DNA of 64,000 nt from the human T2T-CHM13v2.0 reference genome, Homo sapiens: assembly GCF_009914755.1 (NCBI RefSeq), contig NC_060930.1. One strand, written 5' to 3'. How positions within the stretch are numbered: the stretch's first letter is position 1; each line of letters begins with the position of its first letter. Both the position numbers and the translations under genes were made by a program. The notes under the pieces were generated by a model. The model was not told the DNA's origin. It ran no database searches and worked only from the letters and a program-made list of their open reading frames with translations. Below are positions 22,693-37,175 of this stretch, one piece after another.

Positions 22693-24300
22693 GTGTTTTA
22701 CAGAACAAGCTAATTATGTTTATTGATGTCCTTTGTTAAAACCTCCCTTTCGAAAATGACTCATGGAGAGCTTTCATATACATTAGTCTTAGGTGTCCTT
22801 AAGGTGGGTATTGCTCACCTATCCCCTTCATTTTTGTAATTCTCAGCCACAGAAGAAGCTATGTAAGATACCAGAAGTTACAACCAAAGAGACTGTTACA
22901 TATTTGATCCTCCCAGAATATAGCTCAGACTCCTGAGTTTCTCTTTTTAATTATTATTTTTATCTAAGATGAGATAACAAAATGTTTACAGTGGACAGTG
23001 TAGATACTTAACTCAAATGATCCAAAAATTCTACAGGAACATTTAGTGGTGTCAGTGGAACATTTGTGCCGTTCAGTCAGTGGCAGATGAGCCATTTCTA
23101 TGCTTGAGTAGATTTGTAGCTGATTAAATTCATGGCACATGATACCTCTTCCCTGGAAATATGCTAATTTCACATAGCTGTTTTATGATGGTGAGGTATA
23201 AGCACAGACTCTCGCATGTGTATACATGTGTGTATGTGTGCTTTCAACACATACTTCCTCTTTCTCCAGGCTTACTCAGGAAAGCATTTTCCAGAGAGCT
23301 TTCTTCTAGGCTTCACGTGCACATCTGCAGTTTTCAAGGTGAAAATGATTCCTCACGGATTGGTTTTAACAACAAGCCGGGTAGTGCAAAGTGAAGGGGA
23401 TTAAGGCAGACAATGTGACCACACACCAATTTCCTCCCTTACAAACCTTTTATATCACTTATCAGGATTTTAATTCCATCTGCCAAGTAATGCAGGTCCC
23501 CAGAGCAGAGGTTATGCATGCAGCAGCCACAGGTTAAAAAGTCTTCAGCTGCTTTTTCATTATATTGTGCAATGCAATTTCTGTAGGCTTCTTCAGTGAG
23601 GGGTGAGTGTTGTTTGAATTAAATAGTGAATTCCTTAATTAATTAATTAATTTTTATAGGAAAAAAAATCATGGACTCTAAAGAGTATTTACCCATTGCA
23701 GGACAGGGATATCCGTATAATATTTATACCCACATATCCTCAATCTATTGATTGGCATCAAATTTACAACAGTCACTGGTTCTTTCTACTATGCTATTTT
23801 AGAAAGATTTAAGTTCAGGCATTTAAATATAATTCTTTTCTTGGAAGAGAGAAGATCTTTCTTTAGCAAAGCTGGAGTATTCATTGGCAGGCAGCAGAGA
23901 CAGGCTGTGTTAATGTCAATTTCTTTACTTTTTATAAATGCCACCTGTGTTACCAGCATTGATTTGAAGGTGATGTAATTTTCTTGCAAATCCATTAGTT
24001 TTATAGGTTTTTGGCAAGCCCCACTGCTGTGTTGATTAGATATAGTAACTGTGTCTATTTAAACAGGATTTTAAATGCTTGGCTCGACTCTGTATTGGCT
24101 GGATAACAAGACATACAGTAGATGCTTTAACTTCAGGTTGTGCTAAGCAGTGATTTGACACACAGCTTAGTGTTTAGCCATTTGTGAGAATAAGCACTTT
24201 AATTGTGGAGTTAATTGCAGGTACCTGCCAGACATACCTTTAAGTGATCCTGACAAATAAGATACAGACTCTCCACCCTCTTTATGTGGATCTATTCTAA

Positions 24301-24486
24301 CAGTGTTTCTCAAAGTGCAGTCCTCGGAACAGAAACATCAGCATCATCTAGGATCTCATTTGAATTGCAAATTCTTGGCCCCACCCCAGATCTACTGAAT
24401 TAGAGACTCTGAGCCTGGGGCTCAGCAATCTGTTCTTTAACAAACCTTCCTGGTGCTTCTTCCCCATGATAGTTTGAGAACCATTG
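24301..24486. mobile_element. MER5A hAT-Charlie MITE
   Basis: TIRs cagtgtttctcaaa / tttgagaaccattg and internal tgcaaattcttggccccaccccagatctactgaattagagactctg. Confidence 0.92.
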
Positions 24487-25240
24487 GTATAAAAGAATCT
24501 CTGACACAGGGGTGCTGCTATGTTTTGGTGGAGAACAATTCGATGTGAAACACTTCTAAATCATGCTTAATGAATTAACCTTCTATATCCAAATTAGCTA
24601 ATGCTGGAAAATTATTTAATAATAATGAAAAACTGTCAGACATCTCTTAATTTTTAAATACCTGTTTTCACATGGATAGATTTTGGCTTATTCTGAGTGA
24701 ATTAGGATTGAGGTTTGGGGTGATGGAAAGCAGCTTATCTTTTTTTCATATCTCTCCTTGCCTCCCCATTTTCATTATCTAAAGAAGTTAACATCGCATG
24801 CTCCATTAAACAAGATGCAGCTTCTATTATCTTTTATCTCTTCGTGCACCCTTTCAATAAATGCTACTTGATTACTCTTGCATGTTGCAAGAGACATTTA
24901 GAATAATCTAAACATCAAGAAAGTGAGATGCTTGGTTAATCCAGGGTAGTACGGTTTCCTTGGCACCAATAAACAAGTTGAGGCTGACACAAACACAAAT
25001 TTTATTGGGAGACCTAAGATGTTTTGTAGGAGGGATAAGGTAAGAGAATGGCTCCTAACAATAAACAAACAAAACAGTGATAAATACATTTTCCAACAAA
25101 GAAGTGTTAAATTCGCCTAGGGAAAATACTAACCTTGATAATTTAGAGATCTGAAATTCACTGCAGTTATGTCTTAAAGGTGATTTAGTTGTTCATTTAC
25201 ACATTTATTCATTCATCAAATTTTAATTGAGAAGTTTTCA

Positions 25241-26266
25241 TGTGTTCTACTGTTGACTCATTTTAGCTGGGCTGGAAATACATTTCCAGAATTCCCTTCC
25301 CTGCACAGTTTCCGGTTAGTGTAGATCACAGGCAAGAGACATTTTGGATGAGATTTGAATGGCAGAGTGAAGCACGGCCATATTCTCTCCAGGGTACTCC
25401 TGTCACTCATCTCTTGACTCACCATGTTGGAATAGGGCAACAGCCAGACCCACAGTGATTCCAGATGCTGTTCGATCCCCTCCTTTAACTTTCCAGGTTC
25501 CTGATCCGTGAGTGAGTTTATTTCTCTTACAAAAGATACCAGCTTCTCCTTCCAGTCCAACTGTTGTTATCAAAGATAGATTCATAGAGCTTGTTAAAAA
25601 ACCAATATGAAATCCAGAACATTCTATGGATTCCAGCTTGGTTTCAGTTTCTGAATCTGTCCTTGCTCAGTCCTCCTCCCCGCAATTTCATATTCATCTT
25701 TCCTTCAGGACTTGTAGCCCTGCTTAAGGTGGGTCTTCTTATGTTATACTGCAGACACACTCTTTAACCAGTTCTCACTGTTTCATAATGTCATAGTGCC
25801 ACAATACATCCTATGTTAGTGTCTTAGTCTGTGCTGCTGTTACAAAATACCACAGGCTGGGTCATTCATAAGTAACAGAAATGTATTTCTGACAGTTCTG
25901 GAGGCTGGGAAGTCCAAGGTCAAGGCTCTACACATTTGGTGTCTGGTAAGGGCTGTTCTCTGCTTCCAAGATGGCACCTTCTTGCTGCATCCTCCAAAGG
26001 GGAGGAACCACACTGTGTCCTCACCTGGTGGAAGGTGAAGGGCAACAAAGGCCTAGCTAGTATCCTCTAGCCTTTTTATAAGCACTAGACCCATCTATGA
26101 GAGCAGAGCCCTCATGGTCTAATCACCTCATAAAGGCCTTACCTCTTAATATGTTGCATTGAGGATTAAGTTTCAACATGAATTTTGGAGGGGGCACAAA
26201 CATTCAAGCCATAGCAGTTAGTGATCACTCCTAGTGGTCCTCCTTCTATTATAGAAACATGATACA
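25241..26266 (+). mobile_element. LTR33-like ERVL LTR interrupted by an MST LTR
   Basis: ggaaatacatttccagaattcccttccctgc...gagatttgaatggcagagtgaagca. Its apparent 3' end (ctcctagtgg...tgataca) resumes after the MST insertion. Confidence 0.6.
25820..26216 (-). mobile_element. MSTC-like MaLR solo LTR
   Basis: tgtcttagtc...aagccatagca with a perfect 5-bp TSD GTTAG at 25815-25819 and 26217-26221. Confidence 0.9.
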
Positions 26267-26489
26267 ACATTTGGTACTTGAAATGGTTCCAGAGGAACTG
26301 AACCTTGAGGATGGTTTCTCCAAATTGGTTCTTAGTTTTCTGGAATGCATTTTCTGCTTTGTTTAGATTGAAAGGCATTGCTGGCTCTGTATCCAGTGGT
26401 AAAGGGGCCAAGGCATACAGCGGTAAAACATTTACTTAAATTATTACTTGTAAACACTTGCAACCAAATGCATTTAGAAGGCAAGTCTT

Positions 26490-26870
26490 TAGTGACAAAT
26501 GATGTGGTTTCAAAGGCCCCAAATCTCTGTGACATACAAGCCACAAATATTTATTTCTGGCTCATAATGCATAGGGGCACCTGCATGAGAGCTGCAGCTC
26601 CACTCCACCTGTCTTCTCATCTTGCATTCCATTTAGAAGGAACAATCTAGGCAACTCCCATTCTCATGGCAGAAGGGACAAGCAACAGTGCTGGTGAGAG
26701 CCTATTCCCCTCAAAGTCTAGGCTTGGATGTGCCATTGGTCACATGCATTCATATTCCATCAGGCAAATATGTCACATCGCAAAACCTGAATTCCATGAG
26801 GGAGGGGTGTATTATCCTCTTACAATAAAGGTGGAGCGAATAGTGGCTGACAACAATGCAACCAATCACA
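26490..26870 (-). mobile_element. MLT1J-like old MaLR LTR
   Basis: ccccaaatctctgtgacatacaagccacaaatatttatttctggctca, attctcatggcagaaggg and aacaatgcaaccaatcaca. Confidence 0.65.
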
Positions 26871-28275
26871 GTAATGTATTAGATGACTCAAAAGGGAGAT
26901 TGCTTATTATTTATGAGAGGCCCAGAAAATCATCTTAAAGCATGGAATGAAAATATCATGAGATAAAAATTATAGTGAAAATAGAATGTAAATAAACAAT
27001 AGCAGTTCCAGATAGGGGAAAAAAGCAATTATGGGACAGAAGCATAAGTTAAACAAATAATACAATTTTCTTGAAATAAAAAAGCTCTGATTTTGCTCTA
27101 GGCTAAATCGATTAGAAAATGATAAAACTAGGAAAATATTGGTAAAATTTCCAGCACTCAAAACTGGTCATAAACAAAAAAGTATACTTTTCCAATCAAA
27201 AGAAATAAAATATCCCCCAAGGGAAAAAAATGAGGCCGTTATCAGGCTTTTCATCTTCAATGCTCAAGCTACAAAAGAATGAAGTAGCAATATGAAGAGC
27301 AGTGGAAGTGAAAAGGGCTGTTGTACAAGAATCCTCTACCAGCCAAGACCTTATTTACTGGTGAAAATGAAAGAGAGAGAGAGAGCTTATGCAGGAATTC
27401 TCAGATCTTGTTTATCTCAATAACAACAACTAACCAACAACTACCACAAATAAATAAACTAGAACAGAAACCTGAAGTTTTTAAATAAGTAGAGCAAAAT
27501 GTAATAAAAAATTGATATGCAGGTTATAAAGACAGGGATATAGTTTGCTAGCTAGATATAGGTAGATATAGAAATGTGTGTATATATAGCAATAGGCAGG
27601 ACTACATTTAGCCAGTAAGTATCTGTCCAACCAGATTTGCAGTTTATGAATAACACCTTTTCTGAAATCTTAGTGTTTTAGCTGATTAAGCTGGTTTCTA
27701 TGCCATACAAACTATTACATTTTAAATATCTCCCTTGAAATAGAAATAGTGGCATTTAAATTTCCTGAAAGGTTTTAAGAGAACATTTGAAATAGAAAGG
27801 ATATACTGGCCTTGGCTTCTCTGCATGATTGTAAGTGCAACTTGGTAGAAAAACAGCAACTATATTTAGTTTCAATGAATAGACTATATGTAAGTATCTA
27901 GCAATCACAATAACTATCTTGACTGGAGAATTTCAGGAGAATCCTCAAATTAACGATGGAAAAACAATTAAATGAATGGAAACTAAAAGATGAGAAAAAA
28001 TAGAAAAACAACAATGTATAATGAAGCATAAGTTAAAATAAGAATGAATGAAATTGTTAACTGGTTTTCACGGTAAATAGGAATGGTAATTAAGAAACCT
28101 TGAGTCAATAAGAAAACCAAAAGTGAAATGACAAGCTATCTAGAAAATAACAAAAGAAAAACTTCATAAGACTATCTATATGTAACACAGCAAAATAATA
28201 TCTACGTATAATTTTCCTCTTTTCTTGGATGAAATAAATAGCCTCAACAGCTTTTGATATTAAAGAAAAGAAGGA

Positions 28276-28588
28276 GGTTGGGTGCAGGGGCTCACGCCTG
28301 TAATCCCAACACTCTGGGAGGCCTAGGCGGGCAGATCACCTGAGGTCGGGAGTTCGAGACCAGCCTGACCAACATGGAGAAACCATATACTAAAAATACA
28401 AAATTAGCTGGGGGTGGTGGTACATGCCTGTACAAATCCCAGCTACTCAGGAGGCTGAGGCAGGAGAATCACTTGAACCTGGGAGGCGGAGGGTGTGGTG
28501 GGCCAAGATTGTGCACTCTAGCTTGGGCAACAAGAACGAAACTCCATCTCAAAAAAAAAAAAAAAAAAAAAGAAAGAAAGAAAGAAAA
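28276..28588 (+). mobile_element. AluSp-like SINE
   Basis: Full dimer with Sp-type motifs (gaggtcgggag, ctgaccaacatggagaaacc, gggcaacaagaacg) and an A/GAAA tail. Confidence 0.95.
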
Positions 28589-29840
28589 GGAATTCAATAT
28601 CTATTTTAAGAAAATAGACTATAAAAATGCAAGAAGTAGAAATTAATACAGATACATGTAAACTGAAATAAAATATCAAAACTTTCAAAGGATAAATAGG
28701 TCAATTATCTAGGAAAAATGGTAAAATATATAAACCCCTTGGAAGTCTGATTATATAATAAAAGAGAAACTATGAGAAAGGAGAAATAACCACAGAGAAA
28801 GAAAAGACTGAAAGACTAGAAAGAGCCTGCTACTTGAATAATACAATTCACAAGATATGGCAGAGTAGAAAAACTGATTAAAGCGAACTACCAGAGAAGA
28901 GTTTGGAAAGGTGAGTCACCTACAATGAAAAATATGTTAAAACAACAACTTGCAGCCAAATATTCTATAATTTTTAAAAAACAGATAAATAAGTTCAACG
29001 TTATTTAAATTATGCAAGCCTATACAAAATAATGGAATTTTATAATTGCTTTCATGAAATCAGCATTATTTTGATATCAACACCTGATAAAGATACTATA
29101 TAAAAGAAAACTGTGGACAAATCTTAATAGTGGGGCAAAATTCAATAATAGCAATAGTATTCAGCTTTGTATCAAGGGATGAATACACTGACTAACCAGG
29201 GTTTATTTTAAGAATTGAAGGATCATTTATATCAGGATATTTTAGCATTGACTATTATAACCTGATAAAGGGAAAAAAGTTTGATTGTTATCAATAAATG
29301 CTAAAAAATATTTGGTAAAATTCTGCAATTGATTCTAGTTAGAATTATAAATAAATTGAGGACAAAAGGAAAATACTGAAGCATCACAAAGGCTACTTAC
29401 CAATATTAATAAGCAAATCTTATTATAAATTGTAAAAATAAAAAACACTTCATTAAAGACGAGACGAGGTAAGGTTGTCCACTAATGCTATTCTTAACAG
29501 ATCTTTTTTCAAGATTTAAACTGAAGTACTAAGATTGAAAAATAAAATAAAAACACATAAACTTTTGGTAATAAAGCTGTTTTTGTTAAGGATATAATTG
29601 GAGGTGGAGAAATCCCAAGGGATTCTTGTTTATATTTTTAAGTAGTTAATATGATTATCTGAACACTTTAATCTCTGGCTGTTTTTTCTAATCTAGAAGC
29701 ACCGAGTAGAGATGGAAAGGTCACAAATTATTGGATATACAACAGCAACAAAAACAAAAGAATGCTGAGGAAAGAAATTTAACAAGAATGTTACGTTAGC
29801 TAGGTGAAGAAAATAATATACATCATTACATGACCTCATA

Positions 29841-32822
29841 CATGTTGAACATCTCTAATCTGAAAATCCAAAATCCAAAATGCTCAAAAATTCAAAACTT
29901 TTTGAGTGCTGACATGACACTACAAGTCAAAAATTCCACAACTGACCTCATGTGATGGGATACTGTCAACACGCAGCATTGCCAAGAGAAAAAACAAAAA
30001 CCCTTCCCTTTTTACTTCAGCTGCACTATATCTGTTCTATGCCCGCCCAGATTCCCCCATGCAAGGACTCCCATGAAGGGTAATAAAATGGCACATGTGC
30101 AGGCAAGATGCACCAATGGCAGGTTCCCCATGACGCCCTGCATGACGCCAAGACCTATGTGCATTACACACTGAGGTTTTTGTTTTGGCTTTTTCTCTGC
30201 TTGTAGTGTAAAGATATCATTGCAAATGTCAAAAAGGCCTGCAGACACCCCTATGGGTAACTCTGGTAAGAAAAAGAAAAAGCATTTATGTTTATCTATA
30301 GTACAGAAAGTTAAGCTGTTTGGAGAAACTGGAATGTGAAACGTCTTACAGAAGACGACAGTGTTGGAATGACTACCACATATGACCTGAAGAAACAAAA
30401 GGATAAACTGTTCAAGTTCCACATGGCAAGTGATGAAAAGAAGTTAATGAAAAACATAAAAATGCTGCATAAAACTAAAAATAAAGATCTCTGTTGTGTT
30501 TTTAAAGAGTGGATCCATCAGTGTGGCAATGAGCACATGTCACTTGATGGTATGCTGATCACGAAACGAGCAAAGATCTATTACAATGAAATGACAAGTG
30601 AAGGGAACTATGGATATTCAACAGGTTGAAGTTTGTTTGTTTTTTTTTATAAAGGCATAGTATTAAATTTTTAAGAAATTGTAGTGATAAAGCATCTACT
30701 GATCATGAAGCAGCAGACACATTCATTGATGAGTTTTTCACGGTCAACACTGCTGAAAATCTGATGTCAGAACAAATCTACGTTGAATAAACATTACCGT
30801 TTTACCATTATTACCCTAGAAAGACACCGACTACAGTTGATGAGACAGCTCATGCAGGAATTAAAGATGCCAAAGCCAGAATAACTGTGCTCGGATGAGC
30901 TAATGCAACAAGCACACCTAAGTGTAAACTTGCTGTGATAGGCAAAAGCTTGTGTCCTCACTGTTTTCAAGGATTTGATTTCTGACCAGTCTATTAGTAT
31001 GCTAGCAAAAAGGCATAAATCACCAAGGCCATCTTTTCTGATTGGTTTCACAAACAGTTTGTACCAGTGGCTTGTTCTCACTGCAGGGAAGCTGGACTGG
31101 ATGTTAATTGCAAGGTTTTGTGATTCCTTGACAACTGTTCTGCTCATTCTGCAGCTTAAATTCTCATAAAAAATAATGTGTATGCCATGTACTTTTTCCC
31201 AAATGTGATTTCATTAATTCAGCCTGTGACAATATATCCTTAGATCAACGAAAATAGATATAAAAACACTTTCTCGAACAGTATGCTAGCAGCAATGAAC
31301 ACAGATGTAGGTGTGGAAGATTTTCAAATGGAGTTTTGCTTTTGCCAACTCTGGAACACAGAGACTAAAGACACAGCGGTGGTGCATGACCTGTAGGTAT
31401 GTTTAGTGATGATGATGAACAAGGTGGTGTTTTTGTTTTGTTTTTTAAGACAAAGTCTACCTCTGTCGCCCAAGGTGGAGTGCTGTGGTGCAATCTTGGC
31501 TCACTGCAACCTCTGCCTCCCAGGCTCAAGTGATTCTCATGCCTCAGCCTCCTGAGTAGCTGGGAGTACAGGCATGTACCACTGCACCTGGCTAATTTTT
31601 TGTATTTTTAGTAGAGATGGGGTTTTGTCATGTTGGCCAGGCTGGTCTTGAACTTCTGGCCTCAAGTGATCCTCCTGCCTTGTCCTCCCAAAATGCTGGA
31701 AGGTGGTGGCTCTTTGAAAAATACTATATGACAAGTCAGAAAAAAAAAAATAACCTGATGTCTGATCCCCTTACATGTGCAAAAAACACACATGTAGTTC
31801 ACTAGTAAGTTGAAAGAAATGGCTATCAAAGAAGTTTTTAGCATCAATAATGAGGCCTCAGTTGTTGATTCATTGATCTATGATGAAATAGACAAAATCA
31901 TTCTGAATCAAGGTGATCATGATAATAGTGATGATGAAGACGATGTTTTTAACATTGCAGAAAAAGTGTCTATAGGCCTATAGAGGACATGGTGAAAATC
32001 TGTGATGGGCTTATTGAAGGACTACAGCACTGTGTATCTGTAACTGAAGAAGAAATCATGTCAGTGTGTACCATCATAGAGACCTCTAAGACAAAAACAG
32101 GTTGATAATGAGGCAGGTGACTCTGGAGGAAACGCTGAAAAAAGCTATACAGCAGAACGCCTCACCCTCTGTAGTGCACCCACTTCCAGGTCCCTTAATT
32201 GCATCTGATGTTTCTTCTTACTGCCACCCTCACCCCAAGTACAGTGTACAATAACTTTTTAATAAAAGCAGCATCATAAAAAAGAAAAAATAATACACCC
32301 AGCATCATAGGTGGAGATTGAAAACCTGCTCTTGTTTGTTGTAGCTGTTGCTTAACAGCTGATTCAGGTATTTTGGTGATGATACTATGCTGCTTAGTTA
32401 CCCTGAACACATAATGTTTTCACTGTATTAATGGCATGTCATTTTTACTGTGAAATGCTTCTGTGTGAATAAGTGCAAGAAAATGATTCCCTATTGGTAG
32501 CATATAAATTCAGAGTTAGGAATGATGATGATGCCAAACAATGACAGATTGCCTGCCTGGGTGGCTAAGATAGTGACACCTTTGCTTTCTGATTGCTCAA
32601 TGTACACAAACTTTGTTTCATGCACCAAATGATTAAAAATATTATATAAGATTACCTTCAGGCTACGAGTATAAGGTGTGTATTAAACATAAATGAATTC
32701 TGGGTTTAGACTTGGGTCCCATATCCAAGATATCTCATTATGTATATGTGAATATTCCAAAATTTGAAAAAATTTGAAATCCTAAATATTTCAAGCATTT
32801 CAGATAAGGGATATTCAATCAG
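29841..32822 (+). mobile_element. Apparently full-length Tigger4 (Zombi) pogo-like DNA transposon with decayed transposase
   Basis: TA at 29839-29840 and 32823-32824. TIRs catgttgaacatctctaatctgaaa / tttcagataagggatattcaatcag. ATG at 30226 (MSKRPADTPMGNSGKKKKKHLCLSIVQKVKL), an HTH-region ORF at 30336-30629 and the motif FLDNCSAH at 31124-31147. Confidence 0.9.
31430..31699 (-). mobile_element. 5'-truncated older Alu (J/S type) inside Tigger4
   Basis: Alu body lacking the first ~30 nt. 9-bp TSD aaggtggtg at 31421-31429 and 31700-31708. Confidence 0.93.
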
Positions 32823-34439
32823 TATTTGAACATATCCCATTTTCCTGGGTAGGAAAATTTAATGTTGTAAAAAAATTAAAATAAATGTATATATAGATAT
32901 ATACATATATTCCAATTACAATCTCTAACTTACAGCAGGAGTTTGGTGTTGGCTTATTAAAAAGAAAATGGGTAAGGGATACTAGCCTTATTGAATATTG
33001 GGCATATCTTAATATCAAAAAATGCATATTGTATTGGTGTAGGAATAGGCAAATAGATTAGTCAAAAAGAAATAGCATGAACATCTCAGTTTGCAGATCT
33101 TCAACATAGGACAAGGCAGTAGTGAATACGATGTGAAAAGATGGTTTTGTAAACAAATGGCACAAGTACAACCTACCAGCCATCTGGGAGGTAATAAAAA
33201 TGGAAGATCATCTAATATCAGATACAAAAATATATTCCAGATGGACTAAATAAAGCCTTAAGTGAAAAACAAGTGAACAAATGAACAAGAAGCTACAAAC
33301 ATTTTATTAAGAAGTTAGGAGGCTATATGTCCTTATAAATCAGTGGTTGGGTGATTATCAGAGTAAGTTCTGAAAAACTGGAAGATATTATAAATAAATG
33401 TAGTTTATTGCATATATAAATAAAAAATTTATATGCAAAATACTTCATAAAATTAACAATGATTAATTTGCAACATGATTTCTAATCTGATGACATACAT
33501 TAACTACCTGCCAATATTTATAAAGAATGAGTTACTACATATAGAAAAATGAACAGTTTAATAGAAGTTTGATAAAAACATGACTAAATGATTCACACAA
33601 AACTAAAACTTTAGAGGAAATAAACACATGAAAAGATGCCTGAATTTTCTAGTAATCTGAGAAATGCAAATATACAAATTAAAGTGACAAAAGATTATAT
33701 GCATTAGACTAGAAACAATTAGAAGACAAACACATATATATCAGAGTTCTAGGCAAAAGAGTATTCCTGTCCATAGATTGGAGAAATCTTAGACATTAGA
33801 GTGTTCCTAAGAAGCAATTTAACAGCACTGATTAAAATAAAAATACAAATGTCCCTTCAACCAAACAATCTCTCAATGCTATGGAAATGTAGCAAATAAG
33901 GGACTAAGTACTAGGGTGTCTAGGGTGGCATTACTTACAGTGGCCAAAACTTAAGACATTGTAAATGCCCATCAGTAAGGGAAAGAAGCCTCTGAAAGTT
34001 AGTTTTCTGTTGCATCTTTAAATAATTTTTTTTAGTGTTCTTATATGCTGGGATACTTTTTATCCAGCAAAGAAATATATAGTACTCTTTTTATGTACAC
34101 ATGGGATACTTACAAAAGTGACTACATATTAGGATCCAAAGTTGATCTCCAAATTGAAAGGTGTCAGACAGAGAGATATTTGAAAAGCAGTAAAACTGAA
34201 AATCAGCAATCAGAAGATAGCCAGACAGAACAACAACAAGCACAATGATGGTAACAATAACAATAAATGATCAATAATTCTTGGATTTAAGATATAATGA
34301 TAATTAAAAATACCTATAATTTAAAAAATTAAAAATCAACAAACAAAAGATAGCCAACAACAACACTGCCTAAATAATTCATGGGTTAATGGCAAAAATA
34401 ATTAAAATTGTAAAATATTTATATGTAAAAAAAAGACAG

Positions 34440-35300
34440 TCTTTAACCTTTTTTTCACCTCTCCACCTCCTCATTTTTATGAGACATTCTTATATACGAT
34501 ATTAATGCATTAAGGTTTACAGTATTTTATCACATTTGCATTCTCTTATGAACCATGCTCCTCAGTTAATTGTCCTTAGTTGTATACTTAGATGAACTTG
34601 ATGCTTGCCACTAGTTATTTTATCACAGCTTCTTTATGCATCTGTTGGTTGATTAAATTGCAATCCCAACGAGTTTCCTCTGAACTTCACTTCCAGGCTT
34701 ATGGCTACAATCTACTCTGAGATTTCATATATTTGAAAATATTTCTCTCTTACATTCACATAGCAACAGCCAGTTGGCTGTGTATGAAAACATCTTGGTT
34801 CTCACATTCTTTCTCCAAGGACTTTGTATCTATTGATTGTTTCACTCTCTTTTATCATTTAATATTCCTATGGAGAAGGCTGAGGCCAACCTTATTGATT
34901 CTCCTTGCTGATACCTTGTTTTTTTATGGCTGGATCACCAAGGAAATATTTCTTTGCCTTAAAGTCTAGTTAAGGACATGACTTAGTATTAATGGCTGTG
35001 TATCAATATTTTCCTAGCACATAGCATAATATTCTAATGTACATATTCAAGTATTACTTATTTTTGAAAAGTTTACTGCTTCTATAATGGTGGACAATAT
35101 AATTCAACTCCATTTTTTCAGGTTTTTATTCTGACAGAAGAATAGTATGTGTGCTAGATAACTTTTATAGTTATCATTTTCCACTTAATAATTAATTTTG
35201 CTCATTTTATCTTTTATACTACTGATAATGTTTTCTGTCATGTCTTTTCAATTTCTGCTTTCAATATGCCTTTCATTTTTCTCTCTTTGGTTTTTCTTCT
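34440..35300 (-). mobile_element. Old L1M/HAL1-like ORF1-region fragment
   Basis: T-rich strand with ORF1-like remnants (cagttggctgtgtatgaaaacatcttggttctcacattctttctcc, ggagaaggctgaggccaacct). Confidence 0.5.
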
Positions 35301-35582
35301 TTTATTACTTTCAAGGAGAATAGTACATTAGAAACACTATATTTTTCTAGAATAGTTAACCAGAAGTACCAATTTATGATATTAAAATCCTTTGATCTTC
35401 TATGCAGACAATCAAATTAATTAGGGCACATGGAAACAAAAAGTCCAGTGGGCACCTACTGTATGATTTGCGGGAGAGGTGATTGGTGCTAAGAATGCAA
35501 ACATCAGTTGTAATGGAGAGAAGTAGATATGATTTGGAGTAGAATACATGGGATTTGAAGATGGGTTAGATATAATAGGTGA

Positions 35583-35935
<353 letters not shown>

Positions 35936-37175
35936 TGGGAGGTGATTCTTAACTGCAGTAGATTCATCCATATCATGCCTGATGACATCATTAAGATCAT
36001 ATTGAAATCTTCCACTCATTACGTATTTGCTCAAGATTATATAATCAACAAGAAAATCGATCAATAGCAAAAATTTGCAATACATTTTCCTAATCCAGTC
36101 ATCAGTACCAGAAAAAAAAATCCTAATATTACACAAACCTTCCAGAATATTGAACAAGGGGGAACCTTTCCTAATTAATTTTATCAAGCCTATATAATCT
36201 TGGCTACAAAACCTGACAAGGACTACAGGTGAAAAGAAATTCCCAAGCTACTCTCACTTATGAACAGAGGTTCAAAAATCTTAAACAAAAGTATCTGTCT
36301 GAATATATAATTACACAAACATGATACAAGATGATGAGCAAGGTAAATTTAATCCCACAATCTAAAGTTGAATTTGTGTTTCAAAATATCATTAACTATT
36401 TTAAAAGATAAAACATGTAATCATCTTATTTAATGCAGATACAATGCTTAATAAAATTCTTCTCTATTCATGTAAAAATTTTGTAAATTGGGAATAGAAG
36501 AAAATGTACTTAACCTGGCAAATGATATCTATCAAATGAGTACAGCAAATATCCTACATAATGGTAAAACATCGAAAACATTGATCCTGGAAAAAAGACA
36601 GGGAGCGTCCCTGTCACCACATTATTTGATATTGGGAAAAAGATAATAGAATGGAGCATACAGGAAAAATAAACTACTGAGATTGGGAAAAAATATACCT
36701 TGTTTATGGGTTATTTGATTGTTTATGAAGAAAATACAAAAGAACTTCCAAACTAATTATGAAAATTATTAAATGACAAACATTGCTATGTTCAATATTA
36801 ATATATAAAAGCAAATGCATTTCAGTAAGTAAGCAACAGAGATAGGAAATAAGAATAAAATTCACAAAAGCAACAAAAATTTAAAGCTACTAGGAAGAAA
36901 TCTTTAAAAGATGTTCAAGTCTTTTAGGGAGACTATAAACAATGTTTCCTTTACAATAAGGAGACTTAAATAAAAGGAGAGATAGATCATGTTCATACAT
37001 GGGAATATTCAATATAGTTAATACAATTATCCTCAAATTCATCTTGAGATTTGTTTAAAACCCAAATCAAAATTCCAAGTTCTTTATAGAGTTTGAGAAT
37101 CTAGCTATAAAATTTATCGGAAATTGCTAACAAGTCAAATATAGGCACATAATACTCAGAAAATAAGAACACAGT

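Larger units (their letters stand above)
26900..33985 (+). mobile_element. Highly decayed L1M (L1ME-like) scaffold, interrupted by an Alu and Tigger4
   Basis: A-rich strand with colinear ORF1/ORF2 remnants. ORF2 homology continues across the Tigger (left gaagaaaataatata ~EENY; right catatcccattttcctgggtaggaaaatttaatgttgtaaaa ~IPCSWIGRINIVK). Confidence 0.7.

Noticed and set aside
30226-32150. Domesticated TIGD/JRK-like gene
   Set aside because: Multiple frameshifts and stops, an Alu inside the coding region and retained TIRs indicate a dead transposon.
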